A DNA stretch of 64,000 nt from Deltaproteobacteria bacterium (GTDB taxonomy: Bacteria > Myxococcota_A > Polyangia > Nannocystales > Nannocystaceae): NCBI GenBank assembly GCA_016712475.1, contig JADJRA010000001.1, positions 1,669,414 through 1,733,413 on the forward strand, given 5' to 3'. The notes below the pieces were generated by a model. The model saw only the letters and a program-made list of their open reading frames with translations, had not been told where the DNA came from and searched no databases. This document shows positions 29,738-39,289 of this stretch, piece after piece. The position numbers were made by a program, and so were the translations under genes. Within the stretch, counting starts at the first letter, position 1; each line of letters starts with the position of its first letter.

Positions 29738-31570
29738 CTACGGCTCCTCGCTCGGCGGCGCGATCGCCCCGTGTCGGCGTGCGGACTCGATCTCGCGCTT
29801 CTTGTCGGCACCCATGCCGAGCTTGTCGAACACCCGCGCCTTGCGCTGGAGGATGTCGGCGCGCGAGCTGTCGGCGGCATCGCCGAAGGTCTCGGGGACC
29901 GCATTGCAGCAGGCCAGCGCGCGATCGAACTCGACCACGGCGTCGACGCGACGCCCGGCCTTGGCGTGCGACTCGGCGATCCACGTGCGCGCGTACGCTT
30001 CGGCGAGGTGGTTGCGCATGTTGGCGTAGTACTTGGCCGCGATCGTGTAGCGCTCGATCGCTCGATCGCAGGCGCCGACCATGAAGTCGCAGTGACCGAT
30101 GCCGGTCATGCCACTGGCCGCGAGCACGGCGTGGTCGTGCTCGACCGCGACCTCGACGCAGCGGGCGTACGCCTCCATCGCCTTGTCGAACGCGGCGCAG
30201 TGGTACAGCGCGCCGCCCATCCCGTACCACGCGCTGGCGATCTCGATCGGCTCCTCGGTCGCGTGCGCGAGCTCGAGGCTCTCGATCTGCAGGGCCATGC
30301 CGCGCTCGGGATCGCCATTGTGCATGCGATAGGCGGCCAGCGCCGAGAGGCACCGCAGTCGTTCGATGGTCGGCAGCTCAGGCTGGGCGAGCTTGTCGGT
30401 CAGGCCCTTCTCGATCACTGGACCGTCGATGCGAAAGTCGAGGGTTCGCATCACCGCGCGCAAGGGCGCGCCAGCGAGGCGCTCGACGCCGGGGGCAACG
30501 GCGCACACACGGACCTTCGCGCTCACCAGTACACGGGCGAGTCGCGCCAGCGAGGCGAGGAACTCCTGCTGCTCGCCCGGTGGCACCTCGTCGTCGATCG
30601 CAGCGGCGAGCACGACGATGAGCTCCTGCTCGGGGTCGAGCACGGTGCGTTGCACCCGGAGCAACAGCTGCGCGAAATGGACCTCGGCACCGTGGCGCCC
30701 GATCGGAGCGGCGATCTCCGCCAACAGTGCAGCGGTGCGATCACCTCGACCCACGCGCTCGGCGTGGGCGTGGACCTGGCGCACGACCGCCTCGGCGACG
30801 CGACCATAGAAGTGAATCGGCCGCCAGAACCTGACCTCCTCGGCATGGACGACCAGCGCGCGGTTGGCCAGCCCGGCCTCGATCAACGCCGAGACCAGCC
30901 ACGCCTGCCCGCGGCGCGGCGCGTCATAGACCAGCATGCGCGGCAGCGGATCGATCATCGCATGGCGGATCGTCGCGCCGATGGCCGCCGCGTCGCCCTG
31001 CCGCAGCGCGACCACGCGCGGCCGCGCGACCTCGACGTCGCGCACGATGCCCGCACTCGGCTCGACCATCAGCAGCAGCTTGAAGCGACCGCTCTCGGTC
31101 GCCTCGGTGATCCGGCCGAGCGTCGCTGCGAGCTCGAGCGAGCGCGCGTCCTCGCGATCGATCGACAGCACCATCACCACGCCCTCGACGAAGGGGTCGA
31201 ACGCGAGCGCCGATTGCTCGGCGTACTCGGCCAGCAGCTGCTCGATCGTGCGACCGCGGGAGCCCGCACGCGGATCGAACGGTGGCGGCGGCTCGATCGT
31301 GATCTCGGCCGCGGCGGCCTCGCGCACGGCGGCATCGACTGCCGCGGCGATTGCCTCGCCGATCGCCGCGCAGTACGACGCGCCATCGACGAAGCGATCG
31401 TCCATCGCCGCCCACAGCCGCCGACCATCGTCGGCGAGCCCGGCGAGCAGCTTCGCCGCCGCGGCCCGCTGATCCGCTGCGGCGCGCAGCTCGAGCACCA
31501 CCGCGTCGGGCTCGGCGAGGAACCCGTGGATGGCAGTGATGCGCGACTGCACGTACTCGGTGAGCGGCAT
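29738..31570 (-). CDS. hypothetical protein with C-terminal TPR-like repeats (610 aa), first gene of the toxin operon
   Basis: Start MPLTEYVQ at 31570 inside ORF 29738..31780. Stop lies 2 nt before the toxin gene start. Confidence 0.55.
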   Translation of the reverse strand: MPLTEYVQSRITAIHGFLAEPDAVVLELRAAADQRAAAAKLLAGLADDGRRLWAAMDDRFVDGASYCAAIGEAIAAAVDAAVREAAAAEITIEPPPPFDPRAGSRGRTIEQLLAEYAEQSALAFDPFVEGVVMVLSIDREDARSLELAATLGRITEATESGRFKLLLMVEPSAGIVRDVEVARPRVVALRQGDAAAIGATIRHAMIDPLPRMLVYDAPRRGQAWLVSALIEAGLANRALVVHAEEVRFWRPIHFYGRVAEAVVRQVHAHAERVGRGDRTAALLAEIAAPIGRHGAEVHFAQLLLRVQRTVLDPEQELIVVLAAAIDDEVPPGEQQEFLASLARLARVLVSAKVRVCAVAPGVERLAGAPLRAVMRTLDFRIDGPVIEKGLTDKLAQPELPTIERLRCLSALAAYRMHNGDPERGMALQIESLELAHATEEPIEIASAWYGMGGALYHCAAFDKAMEAYARCVEVAVEHDHAVLAASGMTGIGHCDFMVGACDRAIERYTIAAKYYANMRNHLAEAYARTWIAESHAKAGRRVDAVVEFDRALACCNAVPETFGDAADSSRADILQRKARVFDKLGMGADKKREIESARRHGAIAPPSEEP

Positions 31571-31731
31571 GTTCGAAGGTAGACCGAAACGTAGCGCCGA
31601 GGATCCGAGGTGTCCACGTCGCCGCGGGGTCGTGCCGCGTCGTCGCGGACCCCCGTCGGATGGCTCGATCGCGCACGATCGGGCGCGCAGACGCGAATCC
31701 GCAGGGCAGCCCGCGCACTGCTGCTGCGCGA

Positions 31732-32526
31732 TTAATTCTCGCGCGGGGCCGTACCGCTCGCGCCGTCGCGACAAGGCCACAGGCCCACGAGGTCGTCGCC
31801 GCGGCGGTACATCCAGCGCATCACCTCGCGCTCGACGAGGTCGTCGTCGTCCACGCGCTGACGAGCATACGCGGGGCCCTTGGGGTCGAGCGCCATGAAT
31901 GCAAAGAACCGTTCCGAGCCCTCACCGCACGGTGCGTCGAGGCGATAGACATCGAGGGCATCGTCTTGCCGCTGCCCGACTCCGAACGCGCGGCGCAGCG
32001 GTGCGCAGGCCCGCGCGGCCTCGATCAGTCGGTTCATCTCGCGCTCGTGACTGTCGCCGTCGAGCAGCGGCACCTTGCTGCGCAGGGCCGCGGCACAGGG
32101 GTACTCCGCGCAATCGACCACCTCGAGCTCCGCGTCGATGCCGCAGGCCTCGAAGGCCTCGTCGACCGTCGCGGACCACTGCTCGGGCGACTCGATGCCC
32201 GCCGGCTCGGGGAACTCGTGGCGCACCGCAGCCCGCTCGCGGCGAGACTCGGCGAGCTCCGACTCGCACCAGCGTTGCCGCAGCTCGAGTTCCTCGCACG
32301 AGGCGTCACGCCCGAGCGGGCGCCCGACCGGCGCGCACACCAGCGATCGCAACGCGCGTGGAACCGGCTGCGCTTGCGCGGGCTCGGGCTCATCGGGGGC
32401 CGAGGTCGGCGGGATCGCGTCGATGGGCGCAGGCCACACGCAGCGCCCAAGCGCGAATGCGGACCCCAGTGCGAGCACGCCGATCGCTGCGCGCAGTACA
32501 GACGACACGTGCGATGGCGTGGACAC
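31732..32526 (-). CDS. secreted hypothetical protein
   Basis: Signal peptide MSTPSHVSSVLRAAIGVLALGSAFALG. 264 aa, acidic. Confidence 0.5.
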   Translation of the reverse strand: MSTPSHVSSVLRAAIGVLALGSAFALGRCVWPAPIDAIPPTSAPDEPEPAQAQPVPRALRSLVCAPVGRPLGRDASCEELELRQRWCESELAESRRERAAVRHEFPEPAGIESPEQWSATVDEAFEACGIDAELEVVDCAEYPCAAALRSKVPLLDGDSHEREMNRLIEAARACAPLRRAFGVGQRQDDALDVYRLDAPCGEGSERFFAFMALDPKGPAYARQRVDDDDLVEREVMRWMYRRGDDLVGLWPCRDGASGTAPREN

Positions 32527-32553
32527 TGCTCGCGATTGTAGCGCGCCGGCACG

Positions 32554-33633
32554 TCACTTCGGGCGCGGCTCGGGCAGCGGCGCGTCGCCGGGCGGCCACC
32601 GACCCTCGCGCATCACCCTGACCGCACGGCACAGCGTGATCGCGGCGTTGTGGACCTCGGCCTCGACCGCATCGTCGAGTTCGAGATCGACATGGTTGGT
32701 CGCGTACGGCCGCAGGTAGCCGATGTAGCGGCCCACGGTCGCCTGCGGCCCGGCCGAGGTGAGGCCCAGGGTCGTGAGCCAGTCGACCAGCGCCGAGGTC
32801 AGACCGCGCACGCCCTCGGCGTCGCCGTGCACCACCACCGAGAAGGCGCGGCCCGCCAGGTGCTTGGGGTAGTCCCAGCCATCGAGCTCGACCTGCTTGG
32901 CGCGGCGAGGATCCTTGCCGCCGGTCAGCGTGGGATCGGGGTTGCCACCGTCGGCGCACACCAACCGATCGATCATCAGCTTGAGCACGCTGGGTGCCTG
33001 ATACCAGTGCACGGGGGTGATGATCATGACCCCGTGCGCGGCGATCCACCGCTCGTAGATCTCCGCCATCCAGTCCTGCACCTGACCGAGACCGTGGTTG
33101 GGGTAGCACGAGCACGGCCAGTGACACAGCGGCATCGCAGTGGAGACGCAGCCCTTGCACGGGTGGATGTTGCGCCCGTACTCGGCGGTGATGCGGCCGA
33201 GATCGAGTACGTCGGTCTCCACGTCACCCGCCGTCGCGATGCTCTCGCGCGCGAGCTCCAGCAGGCGATGGCTCTTGGGCTGCTCGCCGGGGCAGGTCTG
33301 ATCGTTGCGTGGCGAGCCGCTGATGAGCAGGATTCGTCGCGGGTGCGATCGGTCGCGCCAGCGCTCACCCGCCGCCTCGATGCGCTCGCGGGTCGCGAGC
33401 CAGTCGACCGAGAGCTCGTAGCTGGGATCGTGGTAGCCGGGCCCGGCCGCACGCGTGCGCGGGGCCTTGCGACCGGCCTCGTACGCTTCGTGGGCGACGC
33501 CGACGATGCGGTCGATCGCGTCGTCGACCGCACGAAACCCGGAATCGACGAAGCGCTCGCGGGCCCGCGCACGGAAGGCTTCCGCCGTCAGGTGCACGCT
33601 GGGCTGGCCCTTGCGTGGATCGATGTCGGCCAT
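32554..33633 (-). CDS. flavodoxin-like / NADPH-dependent FMN reductase family protein with compact Cys cluster (iron-sulfur flavoprotein-like)
   Basis: ILLISGSPRNDQTCPG (FMN_red-like), then CKGCVSTAMPLCHWPCSC. Start MADIDPRKG at 33633 (GGAGAA upstream) inside ORF 32554..34089. Confidence 0.7.
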   Translation of the reverse strand: MADIDPRKGQPSVHLTAEAFRARARERFVDSGFRAVDDAIDRIVGVAHEAYEAGRKAPRTRAAGPGYHDPSYELSVDWLATRERIEAAGERWRDRSHPRRILLISGSPRNDQTCPGEQPKSHRLLELARESIATAGDVETDVLDLGRITAEYGRNIHPCKGCVSTAMPLCHWPCSCYPNHGLGQVQDWMAEIYERWIAAHGVMIITPVHWYQAPSVLKLMIDRLVCADGGNPDPTLTGGKDPRRAKQVELDGWDYPKHLAGRAFSVVVHGDAEGVRGLTSALVDWLTTLGLTSAGPQATVGRYIGYLRPYATNHVDLELDDAVEAEVHNAAITLCRAVRVMREGRWPPGDAPLPEPRPK

Positions 33634-33724
33634 GCGGAGGTTCTCCGGGCACAGCATGCGATCCAGGCCGAGGGGCGCCACCTCGCGCGGGGCGCTCGCG
33701 CGAGCAGTGGGCGCGAACGCGACG

Positions 33725-35374
33725 TCAGCAGCCGCCCAGGCCCGCGATCGCCGGGGCGTTGGGGTAGTTCGCCTTCGCCTCGCAGCCGCGTGCGCTCCGC
33801 AGCGACCGCAGCGGCTCGCGCCCGGCGGATTGGTCGGCCTTGAAGCGCGCCTCGACCATCGCGCCGAGCCCATCGTTGTCGGTGACGCACATGCCGCTGC
33901 CATCGGCACCACAGGCCTCGTCGCCGAGCTTGCCCGCGGCGAGCGCCTCGGCGAGCGCCTGCAGCGAGGCCTCGTCGGCCTTCGCGAGCGCGATGAACTT
34001 GCCCGCCGTTGGCGACGCCAGCGGAATCGAAGCCGGCAGGTCGGTGCCACCGATGCCGAAGTCGTCCTTGTGCACGGTGAGGATCTCATCGAGCAGCGGC
34101 ACGAAGAGCTCGGAGTTCTTGGCGCCGGTGAAGCTCTTGGCCTTCACGCGCGGCAGCGCGTTGTGCCAAAGCCCGCAGCGGAACGACGACAGCGTCGGCG
34201 TGGTCCAGTCCAGCGCCCGCACCCGCATGACCTGGTCGGCCGTCAGCGCGCGCACCGACAGCAGCTGCTTCTCGTACGCGATCGTCGCCGCGCCGCGGGT
34301 CGGCATCATCGTGAGCGGATCGTTCGTGGCGGCCGGCGAGAAGCGCATGACCTTGTCCTGCCACCAATCCCACGGCCAGCCGGTCCCCATCAGCTGGAAG
34401 TAGACCGATGCGAGCCCCTCGTCGATGGTCGCATTGGTGGAGATGAGGCCGCTCTTGCCGTCCTCGGTGACGTACGTGAGCTGCTCGTCGCAGAACAGCG
34501 GCCGCAGCAGCGACATCGCCTCGTCGACGTTGGCGGGGTTGCGACGCAGCCGCAGACGCGCCGTGGCGATGCGCTGCGTGTACGCCGAGCGGATGGTCTG
34601 CTCGAGCCGCGCGGCCGACTTGCGGAAGCTCGAGCCCACGCCCGCCAGCTGCTTGAAGTGCGGCGCCGCTGCCGTCTTGTCGGGCACGTGGTGCTCGAAG
34701 CTCACCGGCTCCGCGAACCAGTGCTGCCAGGGCGCCGACAGCTCGTTCATGATCGGCGTCATCGGCATCTTCAGGCCCTCGATGTGCTCGGGCTGCTCGT
34801 GGCACTCCCGACAGTCCGACGGCGCGACCTGCAGCGCGACCGCGGTGTCGCTGCCCTCGACCGGCGTGCCCTTGTAGAAGCGATACTGGAACGCCGCCGA
34901 GTCCCACGCGAACATCTCGATGGTTCGGACATCGACGTCGACGCCATCGGCGTCGGCAAACGACAGCGCGAAGAAGGCGAGATCGGCCTTGGTGCGATCA
35001 TCGGAGCACACCGTGTTGACCACGCGGGGGAACGCACCGCCGCCATCGGCCACGAGATCGTCGGAGATCACGTAGCTGTCGATGGTGGTCTCGGCGCAGC
35101 CCTGCTGCTTCGCGATGCCCTTCAACAGGTCGAGATACCCGACCTCGAACTGGCCATCCTCGTCGACCTGCGTGCGCAGGAAGGTCGCGATGGGGTCCTG
35201 GAAGCCCGCCAGCTGCTCGGCGACCGGGCCGTTCGCGTCGCACTTGCCGTCGACGCACGCCGCACCATCGTCGCCGTCCTCGTCGCCCTCTTCCGCGCAG
35301 CCGGGCAGCAGGCTTGCCAGCGCGAGCGCGAGACCCAACTCGAGGGGGGAACGGCGGCGAGACGTCGCAGACAT
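33725..35374 (-). CDS. lipoprotein with single CxxCH heme-binding motif (paralog of 55561..57159)
   Basis: Lipobox LALASLLPGC and an acidic linker. SDCRECHEQPEH followed by PWQHWF, mirrored in the paralog as DCKQCHEPDGPG..PWTHWL. Confidence 0.65.
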   Translation of the reverse strand: MSATSRRRSPLELGLALALASLLPGCAEEGDEDGDDGAACVDGKCDANGPVAEQLAGFQDPIATFLRTQVDEDGQFEVGYLDLLKGIAKQQGCAETTIDSYVISDDLVADGGGAFPRVVNTVCSDDRTKADLAFFALSFADADGVDVDVRTIEMFAWDSAAFQYRFYKGTPVEGSDTAVALQVAPSDCRECHEQPEHIEGLKMPMTPIMNELSAPWQHWFAEPVSFEHHVPDKTAAAPHFKQLAGVGSSFRKSAARLEQTIRSAYTQRIATARLRLRRNPANVDEAMSLLRPLFCDEQLTYVTEDGKSGLISTNATIDEGLASVYFQLMGTGWPWDWWQDKVMRFSPAATNDPLTMMPTRGAATIAYEKQLLSVRALTADQVMRVRALDWTTPTLSSFRCGLWHNALPRVKAKSFTGAKNSELFVPLLDEILTVHKDDFGIGGTDLPASIPLASPTAGKFIALAKADEASLQALAEALAAGKLGDEACGADGSGMCVTDNDGLGAMVEARFKADQSAGREPLRSLRSARGCEAKANYPNAPAIAGLGGC

Positions 35375-35596
35375 GGCTCGCGCTAGTAGTGCGGGATCGC
35401 GGCCGGCCGTTCGCGACGATCGCCCGCGAAGGGCCATTTGGAGTGGAAACCCGTCACGCCGCAGGCGAAGGCGCGACCGCCCGTGCGGCGCCACGCCGTC
35501 TGGTTCGCGCGCGCCTGCGCGGGCAATCTCACGGTCTTTGCGGCGGGGCCGATCACGTCGGTACGCGGCCGCTCAGGGCGACGCGACGATCGGTCG

Positions 35597-38506
35597 TCAC
35601 GGCCGCACGAGCGTCGCGAGCCACGCGTCGATCTCGGCGCGCTCGGGCGCGGCCGGATCGTAGAGCGCTTGCGCGGCACGGGCGAGCTCGTCCACGTCGG
35701 ATCGCGAGCCGCCGCTGGCCCAGGTCGCCTCGGCGAGTCGGCGGCGTGCGGTCGCGCGCTGATCGGCCGACGCACCGCCGCGATCGAGACGCTCCTGCGC
35801 CTCACGAGCCGTGGCAAGGGCCGCGTCGGCGTCGCCCAGCTGCAGCTGCGCGGTGCACAGATCGAGCAGGACCGCGCCGAGGTCGGGATGATCGGGCTGC
35901 GTCTTTGCCAGCAAAGTGCGAGCGCGCTCGAAATGGGCGAGCGCCGCGGCCGGGCGCTCGAACGCGAGCTCGTCGTTGCCCAGGCCCACGAGGATTGGCG
36001 GCAGCAAGGTGTGCGCGGGGCCCAGCTTCTCCTCGATGATCGCGAGCGCCCGCCGGTGATGCGCGAGCGCGTCGTCGAGGCGACCCAACGCTCGTTCGGC
36101 GTCGCCGAGGTTGCCGAGGGCGTTGGCCAGCTCGGGATGGTCCGGCCCGAGCGCGCGCTCGAAGATCGCCACGGCGCGCTCGAGCTGCCGCGCGGCGTCG
36201 GCCGGCCGCTTCGCACTGCGCGTGACGACGCCCAGATTGGTGAGGCTCTGCGCAACGCGGGGATGATCGGGCCCGAAGGCGGCCTCGTTGACCGCGAGCA
36301 CGCGCGCCATCAATGCGGCAGCCTGCTCGAGATCGCCGCGACGCCAGTACACCTCGGCCTCGTTCGACAGCGCGTTGGCGACGTCAGGGTGATCCTCGCC
36401 GAAGGTGGCGACGAAGATCGCTCGCGCCCGCTCGTAGCTCGCGAGCGCCTCGTCGAGGCGGCCGAGATCGACGAGCGTGGTGCCGAGGTTGTTGAGCGAC
36501 AACGCCACGTCGGGGTGCTCGGGACCAAGCCGCTCGCGGAGGATCGCGAGTGCACGCGTGTGATGGGCGAGCGCATCGTCGAGGCGGCCGAGATCGCGGG
36601 CCATCACGCCGAGCTCGTTGTGCATCCGCGCACCGCGGAGGTCACCCTCCTCGCCGAGTCGCTCGACCAGCGACTCGGCCCAGCGCGCCCACAGCTGGCC
36701 TTCGGCGGGCCGCACCAGTCGCAGCGCGACGACCACCGCGAGGCGGCGCGCCGCATCGGCCGCCTCGGCATCCTCGCCCAGCTCGACGGCGGCGAGCACC
36801 GCCTGGGTCAGCTCGCGCTCGGCATCGTCGTGACGGCCGACCCTCTCGAGCAGTGCCCCGACACGCGCGCGGCTGCGGACGATGAGCGCCGGATCACCGT
36901 GCGCCTCGGCGTCGGCGAGCAAGCCCTCGGCCATCGCGAGCGCGGGTTCGGCACGGCCTGCCGCCTGCAGCGCATCGACGCGGACGAGCTGCCGTTCGAT
37001 CGCGAGATCGCTCGCATCGCGCTCGGCCGGGGCATGACGAACCACCCAACCGACGTCCTGGCAGCGCTCGACCGGGGGCAGCTCGGCCGCGAGCAGCAGT
37101 GCCTTGCCGACGAACTTCCGGTCGGCCTCACGCGCGACCTCGAGAAGCGCCGCGAACGACTCGGCCTCGAGGTCCAGACAGTCGCGCATTCCGGCGACGA
37201 TCGCAGGGGGCTGCGTGCCGTCCAGCCCCGCACGGCACGCATCGACGCGCGCGGCGGACCAGCGTGCGGCATAGTCGTCGATGGCGGGCGAGAACTTCGC
37301 GATCGTCGGGGTCGCAAACGGCACCTCGGTGGTGCGCATCGCGGTCTCGACCTCGGCACGGATGCGATCGTCCCAGTGCTCGTCGATGGCATCGCCCTCG
37401 CGATCGCAACCTGCGAGCGCGCGCACGTGGGCGATCCGCCACGCCGCCGCGCCGCCGCCGGCGAGCGCGAGCAACCCACCCACCGCCAACCAACGTCGAC
37501 GGCGCTGTCGCGGATCGCGGGCGAGGGCAGCGAGCAGCGCATCGAGATCTTCGAAGCGGTCGGCCGGCGCCAGGGCAAGCCCGCGATCGAGCACCCGGCG
37601 TACGAACGTGGGAACGCCAGTCGCGAGCTTCGGTTCGACACGTCGGCCCGAGAGCACCGCGGCCGCCAGTTCGGGCAGCGAACGCGCGGCGAACGGACGA
37701 CTGCCGTACACGCCCTCCCACAGCGCCACGCAGAAGCTGAACTGATCCGAGCGGGGATCGATCGGCATGCTCTGGAACTGCTCGGGGGACATATACGCTG
37801 GCGTACCCACCGTCGTGCCGGTGCGCGTCAGATCGGTGGCGAGCGCGTCGGTGCGCGGCCGCGGCCCGTCGCTCGTGATCTCGTCGACGTGCTGCACCCG
37901 CACGAGCCCGAAGTCCATGACGAGCACGCGACCGTCGTCGCCGACCATCACGTTGTCGGGCTTGAAGTCGCGATGCACGAGCCCCTTGCGATGCGCGGCC
38001 GCGAGTCCGCGTCCGGCCTGCATCATGACGGCGATCACCTCGCTCCACGTGCGCGGACTCGCCTGCAGCCACTGCCGGAGCGTCACGCCCTGCACCAGCT
38101 CCATCGCGAGAAACACCTGGCCCTCGTGCGTGCCGACGTCATGCACGGCGATGACATTGGGGTGGCTCACCCGCGCCATCGCCTGGGCCTCGCGCAGCAG
38201 TCGATCGTCGACGCCGGGGCTGGCGGCCGCCTGGTCCTCGTCGCCGAAGAGCCGATGCATGAGCCGCCCCAGCACGCGGGCCTCGCCGAGCTCCGCATGC
38301 AGTCGATGCAGCAGTTTGAGCGCGACCCGGCGGTCGAGCTCGGGATCGTACGCCGCATAGACGGTCCCCATGCCGCCCGCACCGAGCCGATCGAGCACCA
38401 CGTAGCGACCGATCGTCTGGCCGCGCGCGAAGCCCTCGCCGCGTGGGCGGGCACCGGTGCCGTCGGCCGGCCCCGAGCCTTTGGTCGTCTCGGTCTCGCC
38501 GCTCAC
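35597..38506 (-). CDS. Ser/Thr protein kinase with TM segment and C-terminal TPR repeats
   Basis: Kinase motifs LGAGGMGTVYAAYD, HRDFKPDNVMV, DFGLVR, GTPAYMSPEQ. Hydrophobic segment WLAVGGLLALAGGGAAAW. About 450 aa of TPRs. Start taken as GTG (VSGETETT) at 38506 with GGCGGAAG upstream. The long Arg-rich N-terminal extension in the track ORF is doubtful. Confidence 0.85.
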   Translation of the reverse strand: MSGETETTKGSGPADGTGARPRGEGFARGQTIGRYVVLDRLGAGGMGTVYAAYDPELDRRVALKLLHRLHAELGEARVLGRLMHRLFGDEDQAAASPGVDDRLLREAQAMARVSHPNVIAVHDVGTHEGQVFLAMELVQGVTLRQWLQASPRTWSEVIAVMMQAGRGLAAAHRKGLVHRDFKPDNVMVGDDGRVLVMDFGLVRVQHVDEITSDGPRPRTDALATDLTRTGTTVGTPAYMSPEQFQSMPIDPRSDQFSFCVALWEGVYGSRPFAARSLPELAAAVLSGRRVEPKLATGVPTFVRRVLDRGLALAPADRFEDLDALLAALARDPRQRRRRWLAVGGLLALAGGGAAAWRIAHVRALAGCDREGDAIDEHWDDRIRAEVETAMRTTEVPFATPTIAKFSPAIDDYAARWSAARVDACRAGLDGTQPPAIVAGMRDCLDLEAESFAALLEVAREADRKFVGKALLLAAELPPVERCQDVGWVVRHAPAERDASDLAIERQLVRVDALQAAGRAEPALAMAEGLLADAEAHGDPALIVRSRARVGALLERVGRHDDAERELTQAVLAAVELGEDAEAADAARRLAVVVALRLVRPAEGQLWARWAESLVERLGEEGDLRGARMHNELGVMARDLGRLDDALAHHTRALAILRERLGPEHPDVALSLNNLGTTLVDLGRLDEALASYERARAIFVATFGEDHPDVANALSNEAEVYWRRGDLEQAAALMARVLAVNEAAFGPDHPRVAQSLTNLGVVTRSAKRPADAARQLERAVAIFERALGPDHPELANALGNLGDAERALGRLDDALAHHRRALAIIEEKLGPAHTLLPPILVGLGNDELAFERPAAALAHFERARTLLAKTQPDHPDLGAVLLDLCTAQLQLGDADAALATAREAQERLDRGGASADQRATARRRLAEATWASGGSRSDVDELARAAQALYDPAAPERAEIDAWLATLVRP

Positions 38507-38745
38507 ATGCTTCCGCCCGCTTCGCGCTGCCCGCTGGCTGTCGTCGGGCGCTCGGCAACCTGTGCGGGACGCCGGTCGCTCGAGCGTACCAGGGTTGTAC
38601 GCGGCCGCGGCACCAACCCCACCGCGCCGCCGCTCCCCACGGCGCATCGCACGGATCGGCTCGCGCCATCGAGCCACGCATGGACGCGACGCGGAGCGAC
38701 GCGGCCGGCTTCGGGTAACATCGCCGCCCCGAGGGAGAGCCGACG

Positions 38746-39207
38746 ATGCGCAAGGTGACGCCGTTTCTGATGTTCGACGACCAGCTCGAAGCCGCGATGG
38801 CGTTCTACACCGCCACGTTCCCGGACTCCGAGATCAAGAACGTCGCGCGCACCGGCGCAGATGGGCCGGTCAGTTCCGCGGAGTTCGTCGTCGGTGGTCA
38901 GGCGTTCATGGGCTACAACGGCGGGCCGTACTTTTCGTTCTCGGAGGGTTTCTCGCTGTACGTCGACTGCGAGGACCAGGCCGAGGTCGATGCGTACTGG
39001 AACAAGCTCGTCGAGGCCGGCGCCACGCCGACCCAGTGTGGTTGGATCAAGGACCCGTTCGGCGTCACCTGGCAGATCGTGCCGCGGCGCTTCACCGAGC
39101 TCATCCGCGACGCAAACCGGAAGAAGGTCAAGGCCGTGATGGACGCGATGTTGACCATGGTGAAGCTCGACGTCGCGGCGCTCGAGCGCGCCTACGACGA
39201 GGCGTAG
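38746..39207 (+). CDS. VOC-superfamily protein (PhnB-like / 3-demethylubiquinone-9 3-methyltransferase-domain family)
   Basis: MRKVTPFLMFDDQLEAAMAFYTATFPDSEI.. is typical of the PhnB-like family. GGGAGAG RBS upstream of the ATG. Confidence 0.8.
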   Translation: MRKVTPFLMFDDQLEAAMAFYTATFPDSEIKNVARTGADGPVSSAEFVVGGQAFMGYNGGPYFSFSEGFSLYVDCEDQAEVDAYWNKLVEAGATPTQCGWIKDPFGVTWQIVPRRFTELIRDANRKKVKAVMDAMLTMVKLDVAALERAYDEA

Positions 39208-39289
39208 CCCGCCGCACCGAACCGGCCTCGATGACGTGGGTCACCCTTCATCCGGGAACCCGCGGGCGCGCCGGTGGTCGTTGGTCCCG

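Noticed and set aside
33455-38758. Plus-strand ORFs 33455..35386 (643 aa) and 35438..38758 (1106 aa)
   Set aside because: Antisense to the CxxCH lipoprotein and the TPR kinase. Low-complexity Arg/Gly/Asp products.
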